Shown one piece after another: positions 10,152 through 21,661 of a stretch of 64,000 nucleotides of DNA (the stretch's first letter is position 1; the number at the start of each line of letters is the position of its first letter). The notes beneath the pieces are model-generated. The model searched no databases. It was not told the DNA's origin and worked only from the letters and a program-made list of their open reading frames with translations. The stretch spans positions 76,433 to 140,432 of the forward strand of contig JBAXPN010000002.1 in the NCBI GenBank assembly GCA_037132255.1. Reading direction: 5' to 3'. The position numbers and the translations under genes are program-made. Source of the DNA: Candidatus Falkowbacteria bacterium (lineage in GTDB: Bacteria; Patescibacteriota; Patescibacteriia; Patescibacteriales; UBA12465).

Positions 10152-11135
10152 ATGAATAAAACAATTTTTTCTGGCATTCAGCCAAGTGGTCGCTTAAACA
10201 TCGGTAATTATATCGGTGCAATTTCGCAATGGGTGGCAATGCAAAAAGAGTATGATTGTATTTTTTCGGTAGTAGACTATCACGCGATTACCGTTAAGCA
10301 GGACCCAGAGGAACTACGAAAAAGAATAATCGAGGTTACTAAAATATATTTAGCAGCCGGAATTGATCCAGAAAAATCAATAATTTTTCAGCAATCAACT
10401 GTCCCTGCACATACCGAATTGGGTTGGATTTTAAATTGTTATGGCGCTCATATCGCTGATTTAAATAAAATGACCCAGTTTAAAGATAAAGCCGGAAAAA
10501 ATCAGGACGCTGTTAGCGTAGGTTTATATGATTACCCGGTTCTTATGGCAGCCGATATTTTATTATATGATACTGATATTGTTCCTGTAGGTGAAGACCA
10601 GGTTCAGCACGTTGAATTAGCCCGCGATATCGCTAAACGTTTTAATAATCAATTTGGTGAAACATTTAAAATTCCGCAGGCTGTTGTTAAAAAAGAAGGA
10701 GCGCGAATAATGTCGCTACTTGAACCGACTAAAAAAATGAGTAAGAGCGATGAAAATCAGAATAACTGTATCCAATTACTTGATGAAATTGAGACGGCAA
10801 AGAAAAAGATTATGCGGGCCGTAACTGATTCCGGAACCGATATTGACTATGATCCAAAGGAAAAACCAGCGCTCTCAAATTTGCTTACTATTTATGCAAT
10901 GCTCGGAACACGTGAAGTAAAGCGCTTGGTTAAAGATTATGTCGGTAAGGGCTATGGCGATTTTAAAAAAGATTTGGCCGATGTTGTCGTTAAGTTCTTA
11001 GAAGATTTTCAGACAAAATATAATCGTTATAGCGATGAAGATGTAATGAAAATATTAGAAGATGGACGAATTAAGGTTACTAAATTAGCCGAAGCGAAAA
11101 TGGAAAAAGTTAGACAGGCAATCGGCGTAAGATAA
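10152..11135 (+). CDS. trpS: tryptophan--tRNA ligase
   Basis: Class I signatures: SGIQPSGRLNIGNYIG (HIGH-like) and KMSKSD (KMSKS). Confidence 0.92.
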   Translation: MNKTIFSGIQPSGRLNIGNYIGAISQWVAMQKEYDCIFSVVDYHAITVKQDPEELRKRIIEVTKIYLAAGIDPEKSIIFQQSTVPAHTELGWILNCYGAHIADLNKMTQFKDKAGKNQDAVSVGLYDYPVLMAADILLYDTDIVPVGEDQVQHVELARDIAKRFNNQFGETFKIPQAVVKKEGARIMSLLEPTKKMSKSDENQNNCIQLLDEIETAKKKIMRAVTDSGTDIDYDPKEKPALSNLLTIYAMLGTREVKRLVKDYVGKGYGDFKKDLADVVVKFLEDFQTKYNRYSDEDVMKILEDGRIKVTKLAEAKMEKVRQAIGVR

Positions 11136-11156
11136 AAGTATTTGGAAATTATTTAA

Positions 11157-11180
11157 AGACCGGTTAATCCGGTCTTTTTG
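11157..11180 (+). terminator. intrinsic terminator of trpS
   Basis: AGACCGGttaatCCGGTCTtttt. Confidence 0.75.
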
Positions 11181-11185
11181 TTTGT

Positions 11186-11213
11186 AAAAAAAGACCGCTG
11201 TTTGAGAGCGGTC
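11186..11213 (-). terminator. intrinsic terminator of the 11227..12264 gene
   Basis: The minus strand reads GACCGCTctcaaacAGCGGTCttttttt. Confidence 0.7.
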
Positions 11214-11226
11214 ATGTACTTAAAAT

Positions 11227-12264
11227 TTATTTGATTGTATAACTTAGAACAATAAATCCATAGAATTTTTTGGATAATTGTTCATAACGAAGTTCGCCAG
11301 TAGCGCGGAAATTTTTAAAGGTGAATTCCTTATAGTATTCCAGAAGCAAGCCTGAACGTTCTTTGTTAAAGTTTTCGTTTGTGACGCCAACTGCGACTTG
11401 TCCGTATTTCCCAAATTGACGTCCGAAAGACATTTCGTAAACATCAAATTTGTTTGTGCGGCGTCCGTCTAACTTCAGCGCATATTTCCCCTTGGTACTC
11501 ATTGGAGAAAAATGCTTATAGAAGAACGGAGGAACAATTAAGTAGCTGGAAGAAATAACGTAGTTATCTTGAGCATAGAATTTTTGGTTAACATCCATAA
11601 AGCCGAATTGGCTACGGAACCAAAAATTTCCATTTTTACGGTCATAATCGGCGACTGTCAGACTGCCAAAGTTTTTAAACTTTTTAGTTCCAAAGACGAA
11701 CCAATCGCGACTAATCTCATTACCAATAGCCATAAAATAGTGTTCGGGATGATAAGAAATCCATCCATAGAGCTTTTTTTGTGAGTGATCAAATAATGGA
11801 TCGGGAGACAGAATGCCACCTTCAATGGTAAAGAGTTTGTGAGTAGTGCGAGCCATTATGTAGTCCCAGGGTTTTGTCTCAACACTGAAGGCGCGTCCAA
11901 TTTCTAAATCAACAGTTAAAGATTTGAATTTCTTTTGGGCTGATAAATCTAATAGGACATTATCACTGCGGTCACCGTCCCCAAGCTTGATTAATCCAAG
12001 ACCAAAGTTAAATGATGGTTTATCAATTAACTTAGGTAAGAAGATACCAATGACGTCATTTACGCGGGTGTTATTTATAAGGTCAACCTTGTAATCATAC
12101 TTTAGACTAAACTTTGGATTCGAGATTTCCAGGCGATTAAGCGGGCTGCCGCTTTGCGTCTTATCAAAGATAAGAGTTGTCTCGGTTGATAATTTAGTCT
12201 GAGCATAAACAGTGCTTGTCAGACTGAGAAGAATTACTGAGCATATTATTACAAATGTTTTCAT
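11227..12264 (-). CDS. secreted beta-strand-rich protein of unknown function (porin-like pattern)
   Basis: Signal peptide MKTFVIICSVILLSLTSTVYAQ. The rest shows alternating aromatic/hydrophilic dyads throughout (LLLEYYKEFTF, ATGELRYEQ, YGFIVLSYTIK). No family was recognised. Confidence 0.55.
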   Translation of the reverse strand: MKTFVIICSVILLSLTSTVYAQTKLSTETTLIFDKTQSGSPLNRLEISNPKFSLKYDYKVDLINNTRVNDVIGIFLPKLIDKPSFNFGLGLIKLGDGDRSDNVLLDLSAQKKFKSLTVDLEIGRAFSVETKPWDYIMARTTHKLFTIEGGILSPDPLFDHSQKKLYGWISYHPEHYFMAIGNEISRDWFVFGTKKFKNFGSLTVADYDRKNGNFWFRSQFGFMDVNQKFYAQDNYVISSSYLIVPPFFYKHFSPMSTKGKYALKLDGRRTNKFDVYEMSFGRQFGKYGQVAVGVTNENFNKERSGLLLEYYKEFTFKNFRATGELRYEQLSKKFYGFIVLSYTIK

Positions 12265-12335
12265 TTTTTCTTGTTTTGCTTTTAATTTTGGTTATTTTGA
12301 CACTTAATTTTTTGGGCTAAGTGTCGTGAGCCGAA

Positions 12336-13457
12336 TTAAAAGCTTAAACAAGGAACATACTCAATTTTTCTAATTACCTCCTGCGGTTGGATTTCTTTAA
12401 GCCAAGCGTGAAAAACCGTGCGACTTAGACTTGCGAGAAAAAATTCAATTAAGAATATGTTTGTGAATAATTCCGCGCAAGTTTTTTCATGCGTTTTTTC
12501 ATGATGAATAATAAAGGTATTCCCTGGAGGCGCATCCTTATCTATGCTTATGATTTTATTTGCAAAGATTTTTGATGTGTTTGACTGGATTGTAGTTTGT
12601 GAGAAGGAGGCGCGAGGGATAAGCATGAAAAGAATGGTTACTACGAGGGAGGAAAGAATTAAACTTTGCGGTTTAAGACCTTGATTGCCCAAATAGTTTT
12701 TCCAATCATTAAGAGTAATACCACGACTCTTCGCAAAGCGTTGTAAATCAGCTACTTCATTAGCAGAGAGTATTGAGAACATTTTTTTCTTTGTTCTTCT
12801 GAGCTCGGCTTCGGCTAAATAGTAGCGACTTTTTTCGGATAGGGATTCTCTAATTACCAAAGCAATTGTTATCGGATAAAAAATTAAAGAGATAACAAAG
12901 CTTAGAGGATTGGAAATTTTAAGATTATTCTTTTCCTGATACCACCAGAATAAGAAAAGGATGAACGCGACTGGTAAATTCTTTAGATAGAAGTGCCAAA
13001 GCCAAGCGCGAACGCTCGGCCAGAAATATTTTTTGGTCATTTCTAGCTTCAGATTTTCTCTTGCCTCGCTTCCGGGATCCATTTTTTCCTTGTAGATTGA
13101 GCGGGCTGCATCGACATCTTTATAGTCGTAGCAACCGTTCTTTAAGTTTTCTTGGCTTAGACTAAGAAGCTCAGAATTACAATTATTCATCACTCCCTTT
13201 AGGGACCTCTCTAATCGTGTTACTTCATATAAATCACTGAAGTAATCATCGGGTGAATATTTATCCCCTTTGGCCTTTGCTACTTTAACTTTTTCATTTA
13301 CAAACCTGCTTAATTTTAGTTGCCCCTCAGGATTGAAGGGCTCTGATTTTCGAAGATCTTTAAAATATCCTGAAAAATCTAGACTAAAGAAGCCCACGTT
13401 GTAGAGAAAAAGAAGTGGCAGCAAAATCTTTACAGATATTACTAAGACTCTTTTCAT
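12336..13457 (-). CDS. hypothetical membrane protein
   Basis: 373 aa with an N-terminal TM helix, a soluble Cys-containing region, then several TM helices (LPVAFILFLFWWY, FVISLIFYPITIALVI, LILSSLVVTILFMLI). Confidence 0.5.
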   Translation of the reverse strand: MKRVLVISVKILLPLLFLYNVGFFSLDFSGYFKDLRKSEPFNPEGQLKLSRFVNEKVKVAKAKGDKYSPDDYFSDLYEVTRLERSLKGVMNNCNSELLSLSQENLKNGCYDYKDVDAARSIYKEKMDPGSEARENLKLEMTKKYFWPSVRAWLWHFYLKNLPVAFILFLFWWYQEKNNLKISNPLSFVISLIFYPITIALVIRESLSEKSRYYLAEAELRRTKKKMFSILSANEVADLQRFAKSRGITLNDWKNYLGNQGLKPQSLILSSLVVTILFMLIPRASFSQTTIQSNTSKIFANKIISIDKDAPPGNTFIIHHEKTHEKTCAELFTNIFLIEFFLASLSRTVFHAWLKEIQPQEVIRKIEYVPCLSF

Positions 13458-13584
13458 CGTTTCCTGTTTTTGAGGGTTAATTATGAAGTTATTAAAGTTC
13501 TTATTATTTTGCTAATAATTAAATATTATTAACTCAATAACTGTATATTATATAACAAAATAGACAAAATGTCAATAAGACAAA

Positions 13585-13608
13585 CAAAAAACACCTAATA
13601 TTAGATGT
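13585..13608 (-). terminator. intrinsic terminator directly after the 16S trailer
   Basis: The minus strand reads ACATCTAataTTAGGTGTtttttg. The odd pair is a U.G wobble on the minus transcript but a C.A mismatch on the plus strand, which supports minus-strand function. Confidence 0.6.
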
Positions 13609-13638
13609 TTTTGTATATCATGATAATGAATTTCAAGT

Positions 13639-13656
13639 CTAATTGGCATCAATTCG
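13639..13656 (-). other. 16S 3' trailer half of the rRNA processing stem
   Basis: An 18-nt perfect complement of 15297..15314 (ctaattggcatcaattcg / cgaattgatgccaattag) brackets the 16S gene. Confidence 0.8.
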
Positions 13657-13740
13657 TTGCTACTGAAAGTAGCCACTCCGACATCATATCGGAGGCGACT
13701 AATTCTTGATTTCCTAAGAAATAAGAATTGTTCTCCCTAG

Positions 13741-15216
<1,476 letters not shown>

Positions 15217-15296
15217 TAAATTTGATTGACTCGATAGAAACCGAAGTTTCTATTGATATGTAATTCCGTTTTAGAAACGGACAAAATTTTTTTTTC

Positions 15297-15314
15297 CGAA
15301 TTGATGCCAATTAG
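15297..15314 (-). other. 16S 5' leader half of the rRNA processing stem
   Basis: Perfect complement of 13639..13656. Confidence 0.8.
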
Positions 15315-15444
15315 CACCAAAATTTAACCATCACCATGATTGTTTATTATATAATTTTTAACGTTCGAATTAGACAGAAAAAAACAGAGATATAAACAAT
15401 ATCTTGTTTTCATATAATATTCTGTTTTAATTTTTGATAAGGTT

Positions 15445-15473
15445 ATTTTATACTAATAAAAAATAGATGTCAA
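15445..15473 (-). promoter_or_regulatory. candidate 16S promoter (TTGACA-17-TAAAAT)
   Basis: The minus strand reads TTGACAtctattttttattagtaTAAAAT, about 230 nt upstream of the mature 5' end. Confidence 0.45.
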
Positions 15474-15583
15474 GAGCGGAATATATATAGGACTAAGGGT
15501 TCGCGACACAAGCAATATTTTGTTGACTTTTAGCTATATTTAAGCTATAAATATCTTATTATAATAAATTATTATAAAAATAT

Positions 15584-16405
15584 ATGAGTTCAAAATTTGC
15601 CGCTAATTTCGGAGAGACTAATTACCCGGGTAAAGCCGAGGAGTTAAAAGCTGAAAGAAATGAAAAGCATGAAAATGAACAAAGAGTTGAATCCCCTTTT
15701 GATTATAATTCTATTAGAGCTGCTGAAGGGAGAGGACCGCAACATTCAGACAATGCATATAATAATGTAGAGGAAGAATATAAACCCGCCTCAACGGAAA
15801 ATAAATTTATTAGCTCTAACGACATTATTGGAGAAACCGAAGACGATATTCTCAATAAAGTTCAAGAAAGCATGGCTAGAGAAAAAGCTAGTCTTGTGAT
15901 TAATGACCCCTACGGCTATGCCGAATTAATTGAAAAATTATTTGATTCTGCGCAGGCGAAAGGAGATAAAAAAGAAATTGACAAAATTATTGATCGGGCT
16001 TCTATTTTTATAAAACAATATCATGAATTATTGTTTGAATATTCAGTTGAAGAGGAAGATGATGAGGAGGATAAGAAAGCGGAAAGAGATGCGGTTTCAG
16101 AACTATTTAAAAAAGTAATGGGCGACATCGCATATATAAAAGATGGTGAAACCGAAAGAGTTGAGCGTTTGGCAAATTTTAAATCTCCACGTGACGCTGA
16201 ACTGGGCGCTGATAAAGGTAAAAAGATTTATTACGGCGAAGGAGATAGAACAAACCGTGGCTTTTTATCACAAAGAGAAGCTAATGAATATATGGCCGAA
16301 AAGAATATTAAAAATAATAATAAAAAATCTATATTTTCTAATACCGGCAGTAAATTAAAAGTTTTTAATACTATTACGAAAAAAGTAGAGAATCTTGAAA
16401 AATAA
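15584..16405 (+). CDS. hypothetical acidic protein
   Basis: 273 aa, Glu/Asp/Lys-rich, with no signal peptide and no recognised motif. A TTGACT-17-TATAAA promoter lies upstream. Confidence 0.5.
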   Translation: MSSKFAANFGETNYPGKAEELKAERNEKHENEQRVESPFDYNSIRAAEGRGPQHSDNAYNNVEEEYKPASTENKFISSNDIIGETEDDILNKVQESMAREKASLVINDPYGYAELIEKLFDSAQAKGDKKEIDKIIDRASIFIKQYHELLFEYSVEEEDDEEDKKAERDAVSELFKKVMGDIAYIKDGETERVERLANFKSPRDAELGADKGKKIYYGEGDRTNRGFLSQREANEYMAEKNIKNNNKKSIFSNTGSKLKVFNTITKKVENLEK

Positions 16406-16419
16406 TTAAATAAAATACA

Positions 16420-16974
16420 ATGCGCATTAAATTTCATCGAGTTGAAAGAAAAGAAGAGCCCACATTTAGATCTAATCATCAAATCCGGGTTCCGGAAGTT
16501 TTTGTAATTGATGAAACTAACGAGGCGCTAGGAGTCATGACAATCGCGGAAGCTCTTGAGAAAGCTCAAGAAGCTGATTTGGATCTTGTTGAAGTTAACC
16601 CGAAGGCCAATCCCCCGGTTGTTAAAATAGTTAATTTAGGGCAATTGAAATATGAGCGCGAAAAATTAGCTCACAAACAAAAAATGCAACAAAAGAAAGT
16701 TGAGACTAAGAATATTCGTCTGACTTTCAGAATTAGCGAGCACGATCAAGACATGCGTCTTCTCCAGGCCGCTAAATTTCTTGCTAAAGACAATAAAATT
16801 AAGGTAGAACTAATTTTACGTGGCCGTGAAAGACAATATCCGGCTAAAGCCGCCGAGATTATTCGTGGTTTTGCCACTAAATTACAGGCTAATCCTGATT
16901 TAACTATCGAGATTGAGCAACCCTTGACAAATCAAGGGGGAAGATTTACTATTATATTGATCAATAAAAAATAA
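16420..16974 (+). CDS. infC: translation initiation factor IF-3
   Basis: NHQIRVPEVFVIDE..LDLVEV..PPVVKI.. and the C-domain KEIRLTFRISEHD pattern. The exact start codon is uncertain. Confidence 0.88.
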   Translation: MRIKFHRVERKEEPTFRSNHQIRVPEVFVIDETNEALGVMTIAEALEKAQEADLDLVEVNPKANPPVVKIVNLGQLKYEREKLAHKQKMQQKKVETKNIRLTFRISEHDQDMRLLQAAKFLAKDNKIKVELILRGRERQYPAKAAEIIRGFATKLQANPDLTIEIEQPLTNQGGRFTIILINKK

Positions 16975-17021
16975 AAACCCGTAAATTCAGGTCATTACCT
17001 GTTTTTTTAATCTGGAAATAT

Positions 17022-17219
17022 ATGCCAAAAATAAAGACACACAAAGCGACCATAAAACGCTTTAAAAAAACTGCCACCGATAAACTTATGCAGCGTAAAG
17101 GCGGGCAGGATCATTTTAATGCTCGCGATACTGGTAATGCTACTCGGAAGAAACGTCTTGATATTGCGACCAGCAAAACCATTACTAAGACAATTCACAT
17201 GTTAACCCCATATAATTAA
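17022..17219 (+). CDS. rpmI: 50S ribosomal protein L35
   Basis: MPKIKTHKATIKRFKKTATDKLMQRKGGQDH. Confidence 0.9.
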   Translation: MPKIKTHKATIKRFKKTATDKLMQRKGGQDHFNARDTGNATRKKRLDIATSKTITKTIHMLTPYN

Positions 17220-17240
17220 TCATTATTTGAAATTGAACAT

Positions 17241-17588
17241 ATGCCTAGAGTAAAAAGAGGAATGACCCATGTAAAAAAGAGACGGAAATTAATGAAGGCC
17301 GTTAAAGGTTATAAATGGGGTCGTAAAAAATTAGTAAAATTAGCCAAAACTGCTCGTACTAAAGCGGGAGCCCATTCTTATGTTGATCGCCGCAAAAAGA
17401 AAAGAGTTATGCGTGGCCTATGGTTAATTAAGATTAATGCCTTTGTTCGTGAACATGGCTTGTCTTATTCTGCTTTCATTAATTTTCTAAAAATAAACAA
17501 AATTGAGGTTGACCGGAAGATTTTGGCTGATTTAGCCGTATCTAATAAGGAGACATTAATAGCGTTAATCAATAAGATCAAGAAATAA
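17241..17588 (+). CDS. rplT: 50S ribosomal protein L20
   Basis: MPRVKRGMTHVKKRRKLMKAVKGYKWGR..RRKKKRVMRGLWLIKINA. Confidence 0.92.
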   Translation: MPRVKRGMTHVKKRRKLMKAVKGYKWGRKKLVKLAKTARTKAGAHSYVDRRKKKRVMRGLWLIKINAFVREHGLSYSAFINFLKINKIEVDRKILADLAVSNKETLIALINKIKK

Positions 17589-17592
17589 TTTT

Positions 17593-17808
17593 ATGTTCTG
17601 GATTAAAATCGTCCAAATTATTGTCGCGATTCTCTTGATGGTCGCTATCCTCATGCAAAATCGAGGTGCGGGCCTTGGTGGAGTTTTTGGCGGATCGGGT
17701 GGCGTTTATTTAACAAAGCGCGGTCTTGAAAAAAAACTCTTTATGGCAACGATTATTCTTGCTGCCATTTTTATACTTTTATCATTGGGTGTTTTCTTTA
17801 AAGCTTAA
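17593..17808 (+). CDS. secG: preprotein translocase subunit SecG
   Basis: 71 aa with two TM helices and the Gly-rich loop LMQNRGAGLGGVFGGSGG. Confidence 0.8.
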   Translation: MFWIKIVQIIVAILLMVAILMQNRGAGLGGVFGGSGGVYLTKRGLEKKLFMATIILAAIFILLSLGVFFKA

Positions 17809-17846
17809 GCGACTTCAAGGAGCTCGCTCGGAATTATAAGATTACT

Positions 17847-19622
17847 GTGAACTCACTAAAAACTAAAACTATTTTAACTTGGAAAAGGGCTAACCAGGCT
17901 TTGGCTTTTTTTGGTTTAACCAAGAAAAGAAAACTCAACCAGGCTGAGATTGATCGTAAGCTGGTCTATGGTTTATCTCCTCGCAAAATACCGCATGGGA
18001 AGCAATTAAAACACTTAAATAAATTTTTAAATCCCAAAGAGTATTTAATTATTAAAATTTGTTTACTTTTAATAATTATTAACGCCGCTTATTTGGGAAT
18101 AGCTTTTTTCAAAAAACATCTTCAATATACTCCAGTTTCTGGTGGAGAATATATTGAGGGAATCGTCGGTTACCCAAAAACTATCAATCCGCTGTATTCA
18201 GTTAATCGCGATGTAGACAGTGATTTGAATAGTTTAGTATACTCAAGTCTTTTTAAATATGATCAGAATGGATTATTAATTAGTGATTTAGCGGAGAGCG
18301 TAGTTATAAACGAAGATAAAGAATACGTTATTAAAATTAAGTCAGGAGCCCATTGGCAAAATGGTGACACGCTCAGCGCTGATGATGTCCTTTTTACTAT
18401 TGATGCTATAAAAAATGCTGAATATCGTTCTCCGCTGCGGTCTTCTTTAAGTAGCGTTGAGGCAGAGAAAGTTGACGATTTAACTATTAAATTAACTCTT
18501 AGCGCACCATACTCCCCTTTTCTTGAAGTTTTAACGTTTGGGATTCTACCAAAAAGTATTTGGGAAAATGTCAGTCCAAGTTCGGCCGCCTCATCTGACT
18601 TAAACCTTAAGCCAATCGGGTCAGGTCCATATAAATTTAAATCCTTTGTAAAAAATAAAGATGGCGATTTAAAAGAATATAATTTAGTCGTAAATGATGA
18701 CTATTATTCTCGAAAGCCATATATTAAAAATATTAAATTTAAATTTTTTGTCGATTATACTGAAGCAATTAAATCTTTGAATGATAATCAGATTGATGGT
18801 TTAGGTTATTTACCATTTGAAGAGCGCAAAGAATTATTAGCGAAAGATTCCCTTTCTTTGAATGAATTAATTCGTCCACAAATATTTTCTTTATTTTTTA
18901 ATAGTAATAAGGATAAGGCTCTAAGCGATAAGGTGGTTAGAGTTTCCTTAGCTCAGGCCATTGATAAAGACCAGATGATTAATGAAGTTTTTGGGGGTGT
19001 CTATCAAAGAGCGGATGGGCCGATATTATCGAATAATTTTGCTTATAACGATCAAATAACTAAATATAATTTTTCTCCGCTTGAAGCGACAGCAAATATA
19101 AAAAATAAATTAGCTTCGACAACTCTAACCGTAATCGACTCAGGAACTAATGTAATCGTTGCTGAAAAAATTAAAGCATATTGGGAAAAAATTGGTGTTG
19201 TCGTGGTTTTAAAAATAGTTCCTGGCGAACAAGCCACCGATACAATTAAAAATCGAGACTTCGAAATTTTATTATATGGAGAATCGGTTGGCGGTGATCC
19301 TGATGTTTTTGCCTTTTGGCATTCAAGCCAAATCAGCGCGAAAGGATTAAACCTGGCGGGCTATAATAATCCTGATGTAGACAAATTGTTAAGTGATGCT
19401 CGAGCGACAACTAATATAGAAGATAGAAAAATAAAATATCAAAAATTTCAAGAAATACTTGTTAATGATGTTCCAGCGATTTTTCTTTATTCGCCGACAT
19501 ATACCTACGTTCAAAGCAAAAAACTCAAAGGCTTTGACAGTACAATGATTATCGAGCCAGCTGTCCGCTTCGCTGGAGTGGCTGATTGGTATTTAAAAAC
19601 TAGTAAAAAATTAACGTGGTAA
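17847..19622 (+). CDS. ABC-type solute-binding protein, family 5 (peptide/nickel type), membrane anchored
   Basis: Internal TM anchor (LIIKICLLLIIINAAYLGIAFF) followed by an SBP_bac_5-like body (WQNGDTLSADDVLFT, GSGPYKF). GTG start. No permease or ATPase genes are adjacent. Confidence 0.7.
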   Translation: MNSLKTKTILTWKRANQALAFFGLTKKRKLNQAEIDRKLVYGLSPRKIPHGKQLKHLNKFLNPKEYLIIKICLLLIIINAAYLGIAFFKKHLQYTPVSGGEYIEGIVGYPKTINPLYSVNRDVDSDLNSLVYSSLFKYDQNGLLISDLAESVVINEDKEYVIKIKSGAHWQNGDTLSADDVLFTIDAIKNAEYRSPLRSSLSSVEAEKVDDLTIKLTLSAPYSPFLEVLTFGILPKSIWENVSPSSAASSDLNLKPIGSGPYKFKSFVKNKDGDLKEYNLVVNDDYYSRKPYIKNIKFKFFVDYTEAIKSLNDNQIDGLGYLPFEERKELLAKDSLSLNELIRPQIFSLFFNSNKDKALSDKVVRVSLAQAIDKDQMINEVFGGVYQRADGPILSNNFAYNDQITKYNFSPLEATANIKNKLASTTLTVIDSGTNVIVAEKIKAYWEKIGVVVVLKIVPGEQATDTIKNRDFEILLYGESVGGDPDVFAFWHSSQISAKGLNLAGYNNPDVDKLLSDARATTNIEDRKIKYQKFQEILVNDVPAIFLYSPTYTYVQSKKLKGFDSTMIIEPAVRFAGVADWYLKTSKKLTW

Positions 19623-19691
19623 TTTAGAGCGCAATACTCGCGCTTAGTTTAAGTCACGTTTATATAACTCATAAAACTTAATAATTAAAAA

Positions 19692-21572
19692 ATGTTAGTT
19701 AAACAACAGAATGTTTCGGCGGCAATGCCCCGGAAAAATTTTTCTGGTAACGCGCCTCAGGCGAGTAGTCAGAATACAGCTGTCGAGCCTCGTATTATAA
19801 TTAAAAATAAAACGAACTCTCGACCAAAATATAATAATCAGAAATTTAGCAAGGCAAAATTTATTCATCCGACCTTTGTTGCTAGTCCTGCTGCGCCTTC
19901 AACCGGCTCAGGTATGAAGATCATTCCACTGGGTGGGCAAGAAGAAGTCGGTCGCAATTGTACTATTTTTGAATACGACAATGATATTGTTATTTTAGAC
20001 ATGGGTCTCCAATTTGCCGATGAAGACATGCCGGGAATCGATTACATCATTCCTAATGTCTCCTATCTAAAAGGAAAAGAGAAAAATATTCGTGGCGTTA
20101 TTTTTAGTCACGGCCATCTCGACCATATCGGAGCTGCGCCTATTTTGCTTGAACAATTGGGGAACCCGCCAATTATTGGACGTAAATTAACCTTGGCCAT
20201 GATCAAGCATCGTCAGGAAGATTATAAGCGCGGAACTACTAAGAGCTTGAAAACAATTACTATCGATTCGCTAGCTCAGAAAATAACTTTAGGAAAATTT
20301 CAAATTAGTTTCTTTCAGGTTGAACATTCAATCATTGATGCTGTTGGTGTTATTATTTCAACTCCGCACGGGACTGTTATCCATCCCGGAGACTGGATGA
20401 TTGAAGAAAACCCACTTGAAGGCGCGGTAGTCGGATATGAGCATTTAGCCAATCTTCCCTCTCCACGTATATTAATGTTAGAAAGTTTAGGCGTTGCCTA
20501 TACAAAGGAACGAGTCCCAGCAAAAACAACTCAGGATAATCTTGAGCGTTTAATTAATGAAGCAAAAGGCCGAGTGATTATTGGAACCTTTGCCTCGCAG
20601 CTTGAACGTATTACCCATTTGATTGCTTATGCCGAAAAGATTGGTAAAAAAGTTGCGCTTGATGGATACGGTATGAAGATGAATGTAAAAATTGCGCAAG
20701 AACTTGGCTATATACCAGCTCATAAGCACACTTTAATTCCAATTGAAGAAGTTAGTAAATATCCGGAAAATAAGATATTAATTATCTGTACTGGAGCACA
20801 GGGCGAATCAAACGCCGTCTTTGCTAGAATTGTTAACGGAAATCATCACTATATTACGATTAAAAAGTCAGATATCGTAATTTTTTCCTCTTCAGTAATT
20901 CCGGGCAATGAGCGTTCAGTCCAGAAAGTGAAAGATCAAATTTATCGTTTGAGTGATAATGTTATCCATAGCAGTATAATGGATGTTCACTCCGGTGGAC
21001 ATGCCAATGCTGATGATATTAAGAAAATATTGCGCCAGATAAAACCAGATATATTTTTACCCGTTTATGCTAATCATTACATGCTTGTTGAAACAAAAAA
21101 ATTAGCTCTGCGCGAGGGTTTTCGTGAGGATCAAATTTTTGTTCTCGACAACGGACAAATCCTTAAATTCCAAAAAGATAAAAAGCCTGCTTTGCTTAAG
21201 GAAAAGGCGAACACCGACTATGTTATGGTTGATGGTTTAGGAATCGGCGATGTTTCCGAAATTGTTCTTCGCGATCGACGCATGATGGCTGATGATGGCA
21301 TGATTGTAATCATTGCTACGATTGACGCCAAAACAGGAGCGATTATTGGAAATCCAGATTTAATTTCACGTGGCTTTGTTCATATGAAGGAGAATCGCGA
21401 TCTTATTGAAAAGACAAGAATGAAAGTTAAAAAAATTGTTAAGGATAAAAACCCGATGACAGCCGCAGACGATGATTATATTAAGAATAAAATTCGAAAC
21501 GAAATTGGACAGTTTTTATTTCAAGCAACCAAAAGACGTCCGATGGTTTTGCCGGTTGTAATTAAGGTATAA
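19692..21572 (+). CDS. rnj: ribonuclease J
   Basis: Metallo-beta-lactamase motif FSHGHLDHIGA, a beta-CASP region and an RNase J C-terminal domain. The N-terminal 74 aa are low complexity, so the true start may be MKIIPLGG. Confidence 0.88.
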   Translation: MLVKQQNVSAAMPRKNFSGNAPQASSQNTAVEPRIIIKNKTNSRPKYNNQKFSKAKFIHPTFVASPAAPSTGSGMKIIPLGGQEEVGRNCTIFEYDNDIVILDMGLQFADEDMPGIDYIIPNVSYLKGKEKNIRGVIFSHGHLDHIGAAPILLEQLGNPPIIGRKLTLAMIKHRQEDYKRGTTKSLKTITIDSLAQKITLGKFQISFFQVEHSIIDAVGVIISTPHGTVIHPGDWMIEENPLEGAVVGYEHLANLPSPRILMLESLGVAYTKERVPAKTTQDNLERLINEAKGRVIIGTFASQLERITHLIAYAEKIGKKVALDGYGMKMNVKIAQELGYIPAHKHTLIPIEEVSKYPENKILIICTGAQGESNAVFARIVNGNHHYITIKKSDIVIFSSSVIPGNERSVQKVKDQIYRLSDNVIHSSIMDVHSGGHANADDIKKILRQIKPDIFLPVYANHYMLVETKKLALREGFREDQIFVLDNGQILKFQKDKKPALLKEKANTDYVMVDGLGIGDVSEIVLRDRRMMADDGMIVIIATIDAKTGAIIGNPDLISRGFVHMKENRDLIEKTRMKVKKIVKDKNPMTAADDDYIKNKIRNEIGQFLFQATKRRPMVLPVVIKV

Positions 21573-21610
21573 ACCCTATAGATACATAAAAAGCTAGTAT
21601 TAAACAAAAA

Positions 21611-21634
21611 AGCCTCTTAATTTAGAGGCTTTTT
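21611..21634 (+). terminator. intrinsic terminator of rnj
   Basis: AGCCTCTtaatttAGAGGCTtttt. Confidence 0.75.
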
Positions 21635-21661
21635 TATGTTCAAAACATGTGCATAAAACAC

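Noticed and set aside
16143-16482. ORFs 16143..16358 (+) and 16231..16482 (-) overlapping the 3' end of 15584..16405
   Set aside because: They are alternative-frame or antisense products of a Lys/Asn-rich AT-rich stretch. The longer ORF with an upstream promoter was kept.
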